From: a virus
Lineage: Duplodnaviria > Caudoviricetes
Reading direction: 5' to 3' (one strand)
Length of the DNA stretch: 55,322 bases
Virus record (IMG/VR): IMGVR_UViG_3300004225_000001
Span: 1 to 55,322 of that record
The notes under the pieces are model-generated. The model did no database searches and was not told the origin of the DNA. It saw only the letters and a program-made list of their open reading frames with translations. This document shows, piece after piece, positions 42,509 through 51,667 of this stretch. Numbering within the stretch: the stretch's first letter is position 1; the number at the start of each line of letters is the position of its first letter. A program made the translations under genes and the position numbers.

Positions 42509-42533
42509 AACCGCCCTTGAGGCGGTTTTTTTT
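42509..42533 (+). terminator. Rho-independent terminator closing the cI operon
   Basis: AACCGCC-cttga-GGCGGTT-TTTTTT. Confidence 0.85.
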
Positions 42534-42584
42534 CGCCTGCTCGATTGCCGGCCCGGTGATACGTTGCAAAAAAACATGGAAATA

Positions 42585-42627
42585 GTTAGCAACTCCTATT
42601 GACATAGAACTTAGCGACTCCTAATAT
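42585..42627 (+). promoter_or_regulatory. PL-like promoter with two operators (42585-42600, 42610-42625)
   Basis: TTGACA(42599)-17 bp-TAATAT(42622); GTTAGCAACTCCTATT and CTTAGCGACTCCTAAT. Confidence 0.85.
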
Positions 42628-42710
42628 TCCCCCATGCCCAACAACCAAGCCCACCTCGCACTGCTCGCCAGCAAGCCGCAGCAAGCGCGCATCAAACAGG
42701 AGAACGCCGC

Positions 42711-42944
42711 ATGGACGTCGCAACTCGATGCGCAGGCATCCCCTGCATTGCCCGCGTCACCCACTACCACCGCCAGCGTGCCCTTGGTCCCAGCGCAGAC
42801 AGCGACTGGGACGCCGCTGGCTACGACGAAATCACCTTCGACCTGTGCGACCAGCGCGGGCGCCCTGCCCCCTGGCTCGAGCGCAAGTTGAGCGAGCGAG
42901 ACACCGACCGAATCCAGAACGAAATAAGCGAGGCAATGCAATGA
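42711..42944 (+). CDS. Early hypothetical protein (77 aa)
   Basis: CAGGAG RBS; GIPC..RV...D..GY.E..F...D.RGR.A.WLERK motif. Confidence 0.75.
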   Translation: MDVATRCAGIPCIARVTHYHRQRALGPSADSDWDAAGYDEITFDLCDQRGRPAPWLERKLSERDTDRIQNEISEAMQ

Positions 42945-43180
42945 ACGGAGAGCAGATCATCAACACCGGCCGGGTGCAAATCGGCCTGCGCGCGGCGCGC
43001 CCTGGGCCGCGCCTGGACTTCTCGTGCGCTGCACCAGACACCGACATGCTGGGCCTGCAAAGCGCCCTGGCCGGCCGTGGCGCCAAGTTCAGCGAGCAGT
43101 TGGACTGGGATGGCATTTTCATTGCCGGCGGCTGCATCGTGGCCGTGGCCACCGCCCTTCTCTGGTTCTGGAGCCGGTGA
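42941..43180 (+). CDS. Early protein with C-terminal TM helix (79 aa)
   Basis: ATGA overlap; GAGG RBS. Confidence 0.7.
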   Translation: MNGEQIINTGRVQIGLRAARPGPRLDFSCAAPDTDMLGLQSALAGRGAKFSEQLDWDGIFIAGGCIVAVATALLWFWSR

Positions 43181-43548
43181 TGCGATTCAACATCATCAAC
43201 CCATCCGACCCATACACGATGGAAGCGCCCAATCTTGAAATTGCCGCTATCGCAATTTCTTTTTTGGGCAACGGCGCCTACCCGCTAGAGGGGCTTGGCG
43301 AAGACGCCGGACAAGACGTGCCCGCATTTCTTTTCGGCGGACATGACGAGTGGTTCCAATCGACCTTCGGCGCGAATTTTGAAGCCGTTGCCGGTCGTGT
43401 TGTTGAGTCGTTTCCAGAGCCCCTAGCGAACACCCTTGACTCTGTGACGTTGCAGAGCGAACGGCGCAGCAGCATGAACAACATCAAAGCACGGGCGCAG
43501 GCTCTTTCCAATGCTTTGCGCCAGAGAAAAGCAGGGAGCGCCACATGA
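43180..43548 (+). CDS. Hypothetical protein (122 aa)
   Basis: TGATG overlap; IINPSDPYT...ERRSSMNNI. Confidence 0.75.
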   Translation: MRFNIINPSDPYTMEAPNLEIAAIAISFLGNGAYPLEGLGEDAGQDVPAFLFGGHDEWFQSTFGANFEAVAGRVVESFPEPLANTLDSVTLQSERRSSMNNIKARAQALSNALRQRKAGSAT

Positions 43549-43745
43549 ACGCCTGCCACTCCAACGCCTGCTGCCAGGGCCGCAAGCCCTGCCCCACTCC
43601 CTGCGCCTGCGAAGTGCCAGAGGCCGATCAAGACGCCATCGAAGGCGGCCTGTCTGCAATCGTGGCCATCGCCGCCTGGGCGTGGCTGACCATTCTTGTT
43701 TTTGCTGCAGCCGGGCTCATTGCCGGCATTTTTTACAACGCTTGA
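43545..43745 (+). CDS. Small Cys-rich membrane protein (66 aa)
   Basis: C...CCQGR.PCP.P.AC plus a TM helix; ATGA overlap. Confidence 0.75.
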   Translation: MNACHSNACCQGRKPCPTPCACEVPEADQDAIEGGLSAIVAIAAWAWLTILVFAAAGLIAGIFYNA

Positions 43746-43753
43746 GGACCACC

Positions 43754-44869
43754 ATGAATGCAGTCGCAAACACTGAAAACAACGCCCTGGCCGTGAACAG
43801 CGCCAGCAGCTTCTCACTCCTGATGGACCCCAACAGCCTGGACCGCCTGGAGCGGGTCGCCGACCTGATGGCCAGCAACAAGACCACCGTGCCCGCGCAT
43901 TTGCGCGGCTCCAAGGGTGATTGCTTCGCCATTGTGTTGCAGGCCATGCAGTGGGGCATGAACCCCTTCGCGGTAGCTCAAAAGACGCACCTCGTGAACG
44001 GCACGCTGGGCTACGAAGCCCAACTGGTGGCGGCAGTCATCAACAGCTCAGGCGCCGTGAAAGACCGGTTCAAGTTCGAGTTCTACGGCCCCTGGGAGAA
44101 GGTGATCGGCAAGTTCATCGTGAAGAAGGGCGACAAGGGAGAGTACCGGGTGCCGGGCTGGACTTTCGCCGACGAGGAAGGCTGCGGTGTGCGGGTGTCG
44201 GCCACACTCAAGGGCGAGACGGAGCCGCGCGTTCTGGATCTGCTGCTGGCCCAGGCCCGGGTGCGCAACTCCACGCTGTGGGCCGACGACCCAAAGCAGC
44301 AGCTTGCCTATCTTGGCGAAAAGAAGTGGAGCCGGTTGTACGCCTCCGACGTGATCCTTGGTGTGTACACCGCCGACGAGTTAGCCGAGCCCGGCGAGAA
44401 GTTCATGGGCCCGGTGGACGAAGTGCCGAAAGCGGAACAGCCACCCACCATGTTCGACCCGGCGCGCTTCGACAAGAACCTGCCCGAGTGGCGCAAGGCC
44501 ATTGCGGCGGGCAAGGCCAAGGCAGAAGGCGTGATCGCCAAAGCCAGCACGCTGGGCACGCTGACCGACGAGCAGAAGGATGCCATTCGCGCGCCGCTCA
44601 CCGCCACCGAGAAGGCGGCAGCAAAACCCGGAATGGCCCGGCCCGCCGAGCCGGTGACGGACGTGCAGCCCAAGGGCGAAGAGGCGGCGCCAGCAGCCGA
44701 CACCGGACCCGCCATCACCTTCGCCCTGGTCAACGATGCCATGCAAAAGGCGCCCGATATTGACGCCCTCTATACCGCTGCCGACCTGATCGGCGAAGTT
44801 GGTGATCCACAGCAGCGCAGCGAACTGACGGCCATTTTTGAGCAGCGCCAAGCAGCGCTGGGCGGCTGA
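43754..44869 (+). CDS. recT: RecT-family ssDNA annealing protein (371 aa)
   Basis: VPAHLRG..GDC.A..LQAMQWGMNPFAVAQKT..VNG.LGYEAQLV.AV...W..DPKQQLAY. Confidence 0.88.
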   Translation: MNAVANTENNALAVNSASSFSLLMDPNSLDRLERVADLMASNKTTVPAHLRGSKGDCFAIVLQAMQWGMNPFAVAQKTHLVNGTLGYEAQLVAAVINSSGAVKDRFKFEFYGPWEKVIGKFIVKKGDKGEYRVPGWTFADEEGCGVRVSATLKGETEPRVLDLLLAQARVRNSTLWADDPKQQLAYLGEKKWSRLYASDVILGVYTADELAEPGEKFMGPVDEVPKAEQPPTMFDPARFDKNLPEWRKAIAAGKAKAEGVIAKASTLGTLTDEQKDAIRAPLTATEKAAAKPGMARPAEPVTDVQPKGEEAAPAADTGPAITFALVNDAMQKAPDIDALYTAADLIGEVGDPQQRSELTAIFEQRQAALGG

Positions 44870-44872
44870 TTC

Positions 44873-44927
44873 CACTATCAAAACAATAGCTACTAGCGCT
44901 TATCTGTAAAGCGCTAGGAGCCAATTT
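44873..44927. repeat. Dispersed REP-like hairpin element, copy 2
   Basis: TAGCtactAGCGCTT-atctgta-AAGCGCT-aggagccaATTT, intergenic between recT and the exonuclease. Confidence 0.75.
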
Positions 44928-44939
44928 AAAGGGAAAACC

Positions 44940-46787
44940 ATGTACACCACTTTGGAAAACGCCCCCCAGGGAAGCGCCGCCTGGCACGCAGCGCGCGCGC
45001 AGCACTTTTGCGCATCGGAAGCCGCCGCTGCAATGGGGTTGTCGAAATACACGTCGCGCGATCAACTGCTGCGCCAGAAGGCCACCGGCCTGACGGAAGA
45101 AGTCAACCCAGCAAAGCAGCGTCTGTTTGACGCCGGCCACGAAGCCGAAGCGCTCGCCCGCCCCATCGCCGAAGGCATTGCAGGCACCGAGTTTTACCCC
45201 GTCGTCGCCACGCGTGAAGTCGATGGCCTGCCGCTGCTGGCCAGCTTCGACGGCATCGACCTGATGGACGAAGTGATCTGGGAAAACAAGCTGCTGAACC
45301 AGAAGCTGGTGCAGCAGGTGCAGGCGGGCGACCTGGATCCGCACTACTACCTGCAGTTGGAGCACCAGCTTCTGGTCAGCGGCGCGGCGCGCGCGCTGTT
45401 CACGACAAGCGACGGCACGCCAGAGGGCACGCACTCGCTGTGGTACGAGTCCAAGCCCGAGCGCCGGGCGCAGCTGATTGCCGGGTGGAAGCAGTTTCAG
45501 CAAGACCTGGCCGCGTACCAAGCCCCAGCGCCCAAGGCCGCCGCCGTGGTGGCCGACGCAATGGAGAGCCTGCCGGCGGTGTCGCTGCGCCTGGACGGCA
45601 AGCTCGCGGTTATCTCCAACCTGCCCGACTTCACCACCGCGCTGCGCGCCTTCATCAAGCGCATCCCGGCGAAGCCTGAAACCGACCAAGACTTCGCCAA
45701 TGCCGAGAGCGCCTGCAAGGCCTTGAAACGTACCGAGGACGCGCTTACGGCCGGCGAAGATGCGGCGCTGGGTGAAATGGTGGACTTCGAGGCCATGCGC
45801 CGCCAGGTGCGTGACCTGAAAGACTTGGCGCGCACCACGCGGCTCGCCACAGAGAAGCTGGTGGCCGCACGCAAGGAGCAGATCCGCGGGGAGATTGTGG
45901 CCAGCGGCGTTGCGCGGTATCAGGCCCACATCGAGAGCCTGAATGCCAGCTTGGGCCGCAACTACATGCCCCGCTTGCCGGTGGACTTTGGCGGCGCGGT
46001 CAAGGGCAAACGCACGGTCGAGAGCCTGCGCGGCGCCGTGAACGACGAGCTGGCTCGCGCGAAGATTGCCGCCGGCGAAGTGGCCCAAAACATTCAGACG
46101 AACCTGAACCTGCTGCGCGAGAAGGCCGGCGCCCATGCCTTCCTGTTTGCCGACACGGCCACCATCGTGCTCAAGCAGCCCGACGACCTGAGCATGCTGG
46201 TGAAGGCCCGCATTGCCGAGCACGATGCTGCCGAGGTCAAGCGCCTGGAAGCTGAGCGCGAGAAGATCCGCGAGGAAGAGCAGGCCAAAGCTCAGCGCGA
46301 AGCCGAAGCCAAGGAGGCGCAGCGCAAAAAGGACGAGGAATACCTGGCCGGCGCAGAACAGCGTGAGCAGGCACGGCAAGCAGAAATTGCCTGGGCAGTC
46401 CTTGCTACTCGATCGGCTCGCGACGAAATTCCGACCACTCCAGAGGGTCTGCGAGGCGGCTATCAGCGACTTTGGGTAGCGCCGGAGGCGGGTGTGCAGG
46501 GTGTGGTCAGCGCCCACAAGTGCGACGGCAACCACGGCGGACCCATGTGCGCAGACCACGAGTGCTGGAACGGTGGCGAGCCACAGGACACCGGCGAGCG
46601 CGTGAACCTGACCGCCATCAACGAGCGCTTCGCCCCCATCCAACTGACGTCGGTGGGCCTCGCGCAGTTGGGCTTTGAGCCCGTGGCCACCGTGAAGGCA
46701 TCCAAGCTGTACCGCGCCTGCGACCTGTCAGCCATGGCGGCGGCGCTTATCTCCCATCTGCACGCGCTTGAAGCCGTGCCAGCGTAA
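44940..46787 (+). CDS. YqaJ-like viral recombinase exonuclease with long coiled-coil extension (615 aa)
   Basis: QGS..WH..R......ASEA.A.MG.S.Y; GHE.E..AR; LASFDG...WENK; Y..QL.HQL.V. Confidence 0.9.
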   Translation: MYTTLENAPQGSAAWHAARAQHFCASEAAAAMGLSKYTSRDQLLRQKATGLTEEVNPAKQRLFDAGHEAEALARPIAEGIAGTEFYPVVATREVDGLPLLASFDGIDLMDEVIWENKLLNQKLVQQVQAGDLDPHYYLQLEHQLLVSGAARALFTTSDGTPEGTHSLWYESKPERRAQLIAGWKQFQQDLAAYQAPAPKAAAVVADAMESLPAVSLRLDGKLAVISNLPDFTTALRAFIKRIPAKPETDQDFANAESACKALKRTEDALTAGEDAALGEMVDFEAMRRQVRDLKDLARTTRLATEKLVAARKEQIRGEIVASGVARYQAHIESLNASLGRNYMPRLPVDFGGAVKGKRTVESLRGAVNDELARAKIAAGEVAQNIQTNLNLLREKAGAHAFLFADTATIVLKQPDDLSMLVKARIAEHDAAEVKRLEAEREKIREEEQAKAQREAEAKEAQRKKDEEYLAGAEQREQARQAEIAWAVLATRSARDEIPTTPEGLRGGYQRLWVAPEAGVQGVVSAHKCDGNHGGPMCADHECWNGGEPQDTGERVNLTAINERFAPIQLTSVGLAQLGFEPVATVKASKLYRACDLSAMAAALISHLHALEAVPA

Positions 46788-46794
46788 GCGCGTC

Positions 46795-47010
46795 ATGGCC
46801 AAGACCTCTCAAACCAAACGGATTGCCCGCCTGGAAGGCATCGCCATCGGCGCCGGCTTCTTGCTCCAGCAACTCCAAGCCCGGTACGGGCTGGATTTCA
46901 GCATCGGCATGGAAGAACAAGTGCGTGACTGCATCCGGGACTGCCAGCAAATCGCCAAGGCGCAGGAGCAGCGCGCAGCAGCCAACAACCCGCAACCAAA
47001 CAAGGACTGA
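46795..47010 (+). CDS. Hypothetical protein (71 aa)
   Basis: Fills the gap between the exonuclease and KTSC genes. Confidence 0.6.
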   Translation: MAKTSQTKRIARLEGIAIGAGFLLQQLQARYGLDFSIGMEEQVRDCIRDCQQIAKAQEQRAAANNPQPNKD

Positions 47011-47011
47011 C

Positions 47012-47296
47012 ATGGACAACAACATCACCCCACAGGCCACCGAAGCCGAAGAAGCCGCCCGCATCCCTATGGCGCCCGTCACGAGCAACCAAGTGGCGGC
47101 TGTCGGCCACTGCCCGGTCACCAACACCCTAGCGGTGAAGTTCGTCCACGGCAAGGGCGCGATCTACCACTACCCGAACGTGACGGAGGAGACGCACGCC
47201 AAGTTCGTGGCAGCCGAGTCCATCGGCAAGTTCTTCGGGCAGCACATCAAGCCGCTTCCGTTCAAGAAGTTTGCAGCGCCGAAGGCTCACCAATGA
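47012..47296 (+). CDS. KTSC-domain protein (94 aa)
   Basis: V.S.QV.AVG.......L.VKF......Y.Y.NV......F..A.SIGKFF..HIK; AAGGA RBS. Confidence 0.85.
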   Translation: MDNNITPQATEAEEAARIPMAPVTSNQVAAVGHCPVTNTLAVKFVHGKGAIYHYPNVTEETHAKFVAAESIGKFFGQHIKPLPFKKFAAPKAHQ

Positions 47297-48054
47297 GCCG
47301 CGTGACAATTAACCTCACGGGCCAAGAGCCCGACGCTCCGGCAGCGCCACGCCCCGCATTCAAGCTCTCCGGCCTGGCCTCGATCAAGCACCTGAACGTC
47401 CGCAAGGAAGGCCCCGAGGACGAGAAGATCCTGGCGGTGGACGTGAAACTGGAATTCAAGATGGTGGACCGCCGCCTGTGCGCCTACTTCGACGATGCCC
47501 TGGAAGCGTTCTTGTGGCGCGGCGACACGCAGGCGCTCATCGTGCGCAACTTCTGGCTGACGCCCGTGGCCTACAGCAACGAAATCAGCGGCGCATTTGT
47601 GAAGATCGGTCTCCTGGAGTTCGCGGGCTGCGACGTGAAGAAGTTCAGCCTGCAGCCGGCAGACGGCGGTGTGATGACGCTGGCTTGCAGTGTGTCGCTG
47701 AACCCCAATTCGGCAGACGTGTCCGCGCTGGCCAGGCTGGTGCAGGACGAGGATCAGGTCAGTATCGAGGGGCCGCCAGATCTGTTCGATGCGGCGCCCA
47801 CACCCGCCGAGCAATCTGCGCCAGCGCCGCATGACATATGCAGTGAAGGCCCGGACCCGCTCTACGACGAAGCCGTCAAGCTGGTGCGCGAGGGCGGTAA
47901 GCCCAGCATCAGCTACGTGCAGCGTCATCTGCGCATTGGGTACAACCGGGCGGCGAGGCTGCTGGAGGACATGGAGCAGGCGGGGGTTGTCGGCCCCATG
48001 GGAGCGGGTGGCGTGCGCGATGCGCTGGCGGATCTGCTGAAGGAAGTGGCATGA
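47293..48054 (+). CDS. Phage protein with C-terminal FtsK-gamma domain (253 aa)
   Basis: [11 protein letters not shown]...[30 protein letters not shown]. Confidence 0.85.
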   Translation: MSRVTINLTGQEPDAPAAPRPAFKLSGLASIKHLNVRKEGPEDEKILAVDVKLEFKMVDRRLCAYFDDALEAFLWRGDTQALIVRNFWLTPVAYSNEISGAFVKIGLLEFAGCDVKKFSLQPADGGVMTLACSVSLNPNSADVSALARLVQDEDQVSIEGPPDLFDAAPTPAEQSAPAPHDICSEGPDPLYDEAVKLVREGGKPSISYVQRHLRIGYNRAARLLEDMEQAGVVGPMGAGGVRDALADLLKEVA

Positions 48055-48761
48055 AAGAGCGCCCAATCCTTTTCAGCGTGCCGATGGTGCTCGCGCTGCT
48101 CGATGGCAGCAAGACACAGACGCGGCGGGTGGTGAAGCCGCAATTCGCTGCCGATGCAATCCCCGCCGAGATGGGAGCCACGAACGAACAAGGCCATCAA
48201 ATTTCCGGCCACTCAGGCATGTGGTGGTGCGATGCCGAAGGCAACCATGAAAAGGCCATCCGCTGCCCCTACGGCCAGCCCGGCGACCGGCTGTGGGTGC
48301 GGGAGACATTTCGAGGCTGCCGCGCCTACGAAGTGCAAGGCTACCCACCGAAGGACTGGGGCAATAAGCCTATCTGGTTTGAGGCAGACGGCACACCTCC
48401 GGGTCGTCCAGAGCAATGGGCACTGCGCTCCCGCCCCAGCATCCACATGCCCCGCTGGGCCAGCCGCATCACGCTGGAAGTGACTGGCGTGCGCGTCGAG
48501 CGCCTGCAGGACATCACCCGTGGCGACGCCATGGCAGAAGGATGCCCATTCCCCAACATGGCACAAGGCGATGACCCGCGCAAGTGGTATGCCGAGCTTT
48601 GGGACAGGCTGAACGCCAAGGGCCGCCCAACACTGCCACATAACACCGCCAGCAAGCGCTATGCACGCGTCAAGCACTGGCTCGAGACCCACCCAGATAC
48701 CAGCTCATGGGACGCGAACCCCTGGGTGTGGGTAGTCGAATTTCGGAGGGCGCCATGCTGA
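48051..48761 (+). CDS. ASCH-like phage protein (236 aa)
   Basis: ERPILFS.PMV.A.L.G.KTQTRR...GDRLWVRET...[14 protein letters not shown]...W..NPWVWV.EF. Confidence 0.8.
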   Translation: MKERPILFSVPMVLALLDGSKTQTRRVVKPQFAADAIPAEMGATNEQGHQISGHSGMWWCDAEGNHEKAIRCPYGQPGDRLWVRETFRGCRAYEVQGYPPKDWGNKPIWFEADGTPPGRPEQWALRSRPSIHMPRWASRITLEVTGVRVERLQDITRGDAMAEGCPFPNMAQGDDPRKWYAELWDRLNAKGRPTLPHNTASKRYARVKHWLETHPDTSSWDANPWVWVVEFRRAPC

Positions 48762-50428
48762 CCCCTCAATTCCTGCTCCCCGTGCACGATGAAATCGTGG
48801 TAGACCTCTTCGCCGGCGGCGGCGGTGCCAGCACCGGCATTGAGCTGGCCATTGGCCGCGCGGTGGACGTGGCCGTCAACCACGACGCCGAGGCCGTCAG
48901 CCTGCACGAAGCCAACCACCCGCAAACCCGCCATTACTGCAGCGACGTGTTCGAGGTGGACCCGATCACCGTGACGGACGGCATGCCCGTGGGCCTGCTG
49001 TGGGCGTCGCCCGACTGCAAGCATTTTTCAAAAGCCAAGGGCGGCAAGCCCGTCAGCAAGAAAATACGCTCGCTGGCCTGGGTGGTCATCAAGTGGGCCA
49101 AGGCCGTGCGACCGCGCATCATTTGCCTGGAAAACGTCGAGGAATTCCAGACCTGGGGCCCGCTCGCCGAAGACGGCCGCCCATGCCCGCTGCGCAAGGG
49201 CGACACATTCCGTGCCTGGAAGCGGCAACTGCAGGAGCTGGGCTACACCGTCGAGCACCGCGAGCTGCGCGCCTGCGACTACGGCGCGCCCACCATCCGC
49301 AAGCGCCTGTTCCTGGTGGCGCGCTGCGACGGCGGAGCAATAGTTTGGCCCACGCCCACACACGCGCAGCCCGACAAGCGCGGCAAGGTGCCGGCTGGCA
49401 TGAAGCCCTGGCGCACTGCGGCGGACTGCATCGACTGGAGCATCCCCGCGCCCAGCATCTTCGAGCGCAAAAAGCCGCTGGCCGATGCAACTTGCCGGCG
49501 CATTGCCAAGGGGGTGATGCGGTACGTGGTCAACGCGGCTGAGCCGTTCATCGTGAACACCGCCAACAGCAAGACCACAGGCAGAGGGCCCAACGTCTGG
49601 CAAGCCACCGAGCCGCTGCGCACCATCACTTCATCGCCCGGTTTTGCGCTGGTTTCCGCCTTTTTGGCAAAGCACTACACCGGAGTTGTGGGCAGCAGCC
49701 TGAATGCACCGCTGGGCACGGCTACCACGGTGGACCATCACAGCCTGGTGACGGCCAATCTGGTGCATTACCACGCCGACAAAAGGCCGCATGACGTTCG
49801 AGCAAGCGACCTGCGCGAGCCGATCAAGACGCAGACCACCGAAAACCGCCACGCGCTGGTCACCGCCAACCTGGTGCACATGGGCCACGGCGAAGGCCAA
49901 TGCGGCACCAAGCGTTTCAGCCACGGCATCCGCGATGTCGAGCAGCCGCTCAACACCATCACTGCCCAAGGCGCCGCAGCTGGCCTGGTCACCAGCCACA
50001 TGGTCAAGCTGCGCGGCGACAACGTGGGCGCGGCGACCAATGAGCCGGTGCACACCGTCAGCGCCCAGGGCCTGCACCACGGCGAAGTGCGCGCCTTCTT
50101 GGTCAAGTATTACAGCACCGACCAAGACCCCGCCCTGCGCGAGCCCCTGCACACCGTCACTACCAAAGACCGCTTCGGCTTGGTGACGATCAAGGGCGAG
50201 CCCTACGCCATCGTGGACATCGGCCTGCGCATGCTCGCCCCGCGCGAGCTGTACCGCGCCCAGGGCTTCCCCGAAAGCTACCGCATCGACCGCGGCGCAG
50301 CCGGCGAGCCCATCACCAAAACCGCCCAGGTGCGCATGTGCGGGAATAGCGTGTGCCCACCGCTGGCGCGGGCGCTGGTGGCGGCGAACTACGTCGAAGT
50401 GCGCGTGAAAGAAAGAGCTGCAGCATGA
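48755..50428 (+). CDS. DNA (cytosine-5) methyltransferase, orphan (557 aa)
   Basis: DLFAGGGG (motif I), ASPDC (IV), ENV (VI), R.RLF (VIII), RAQGFP (IX), GNSV (X). Confidence 0.92.
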   Translation: MLTPQFLLPVHDEIVVDLFAGGGGASTGIELAIGRAVDVAVNHDAEAVSLHEANHPQTRHYCSDVFEVDPITVTDGMPVGLLWASPDCKHFSKAKGGKPVSKKIRSLAWVVIKWAKAVRPRIICLENVEEFQTWGPLAEDGRPCPLRKGDTFRAWKRQLQELGYTVEHRELRACDYGAPTIRKRLFLVARCDGGAIVWPTPTHAQPDKRGKVPAGMKPWRTAADCIDWSIPAPSIFERKKPLADATCRRIAKGVMRYVVNAAEPFIVNTANSKTTGRGPNVWQATEPLRTITSSPGFALVSAFLAKHYTGVVGSSLNAPLGTATTVDHHSLVTANLVHYHADKRPHDVRASDLREPIKTQTTENRHALVTANLVHMGHGEGQCGTKRFSHGIRDVEQPLNTITAQGAAAGLVTSHMVKLRGDNVGAATNEPVHTVSAQGLHHGEVRAFLVKYYSTDQDPALREPLHTVTTKDRFGLVTIKGEPYAIVDIGLRMLAPRELYRAQGFPESYRIDRGAAGEPITKTAQVRMCGNSVCPPLARALVAANYVEVRVKERAAA

Positions 50429-50688
50429 CCCACACAAAAGCATTCAAAGGCACGCCGCTCGAAATCGGCGCGCAGGTTTTCAACGAAATGTGCATGCCGG
50501 TGGTGCGCAGCGCATCCAACCAAGGCGCCACGCCGCAAGCACTGACCAAGCTGTACGCCGGATTTGTCAGCGCATGCCTCGGCTCCATGGCCGCCGACTT
50601 CGGCCAGGACTTGGCTGCCGATGTGGCGCAGGTACTTGTCGACAGCTTCAAAACGACCGACCTTGGCACAGGAGCAAAAACACAATGA
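50425..50688 (+). CDS. Hypothetical protein (87 aa)
   Basis: ATGA overlaps at both ends. Confidence 0.7.
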   Translation: MTHTKAFKGTPLEIGAQVFNEMCMPVVRSASNQGATPQALTKLYAGFVSACLGSMAADFGQDLAADVAQVLVDSFKTTDLGTGAKTQ

Positions 50689-51173
50689 CCCACGGCCGCC
50701 ACCCCCGCCGCGCGCGCCCCATCAACGCCAACCCCTTCGGCGCCGCGCTGCGCAAGGCCGCGCGCCTGACCAGCGCGGAAATCGCCGACACCATGGCGCC
50801 CAACCGCTTGTGCCAGACGCGCCTGCGCGAAGGCGCCGCAAGCGAAGACCAGCACGCCGTGCTCTACACCGCCGTCAAGATAGGCCTGGGCATCGAGCAA
50901 ACCGGCATCGTGTGCGGCCTGCGCGCCATCTTCGAAGACGCCGAGCAGGCCCTGGCCAGCATCCGCGAACGCGCGACCAAGGGCGGCGCCTGGCGTGCCA
51001 CAGCGCTGCACCACCACGAACTCGAAGCCGTGCGCCTGGCGCTCGATTGGCACGAATTCCAGCTGCGCCAGGTCAGCGCTGGAGAGCTGCACGCCGTGGC
51101 AAAAAAGCTGATCGCGCGCACGCAAAGCAGCGGCGGGAGCTTTGTGCGGCGCGCGCTGGAAGGAATAAATTAA
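50685..51173 (+). CDS. Hypothetical protein (162 aa)
   Basis: AGGAG RBS; ATGA overlap. Confidence 0.75.
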   Translation: MTHGRHPRRARPINANPFGAALRKAARLTSAEIADTMAPNRLCQTRLREGAASEDQHAVLYTAVKIGLGIEQTGIVCGLRAIFEDAEQALASIRERATKGGAWRATALHHHELEAVRLALDWHEFQLRQVSAGELHAVAKKLIARTQSSGGSFVRRALEGIN

Positions 51174-51216
51174 TAGCAACAAACGCTTACTGGATAAGCG
51201 CTAGAAGCCAATTTTT
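51163..51216. repeat. Dispersed REP-like hairpin element, copy 3
   Basis: TAGCaacaaaCGCTT-actggat-AAGCGCT-agaagccaATTT. Confidence 0.75.
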
Positions 51217-51226
51217 AGGATAAATC

Positions 51227-51667
51227 ATGAGCACAACAGAAGTAAAAGGCATACAGCGCGACGACACGGTGCACGGTGAAATCTATTTCACCGCTGCAGA
51301 CATGGCAACAGCAGCGGCGCAGGGGTTCAGGGATGGGCAGGCGGCACAGGCTGTAGTAGCAGCGGGGTGGATGAATCTTCCCGGCCCTTTGCCAGAGCAC
51401 GGAAATCCCGTGCTGCTGGACATCGGCAAGAAATACCCGATTCGCGCAATGTGGGCCGCGAAGCACACCGTCCAAGCTGCTGATGACGACACCGAATGGG
51501 GAGATTACGTTGAAGCTGATGACATGTACTACTGCCCGGAAGGGTGGTACGAATGGAACCTGCACGAAGAATGCCACTGGGCAGTGAGCGAAACGCCGCG
51601 TGCATGGTGCGAATTGCCCGCGCCCCTCCCCCCTGCTCCATCTACTGAGGGAGAGAGTAATGGGTGA
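51227..51667 (+). CDS. Hypothetical protein, DUF551-like W..LP..P ending (146 aa)
   Basis: AGGA RBS; Y.PEGWYE...WCELPAP. Confidence 0.7.
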   Translation: MSTTEVKGIQRDDTVHGEIYFTAADMATAAAQGFRDGQAAQAVVAAGWMNLPGPLPEHGNPVLLDIGKKYPIRAMWAAKHTVQAADDDTEWGDYVEADDMYYCPEGWYEWNLHEECHWAVSETPRAWCELPAPLPPAPSTEGESNG

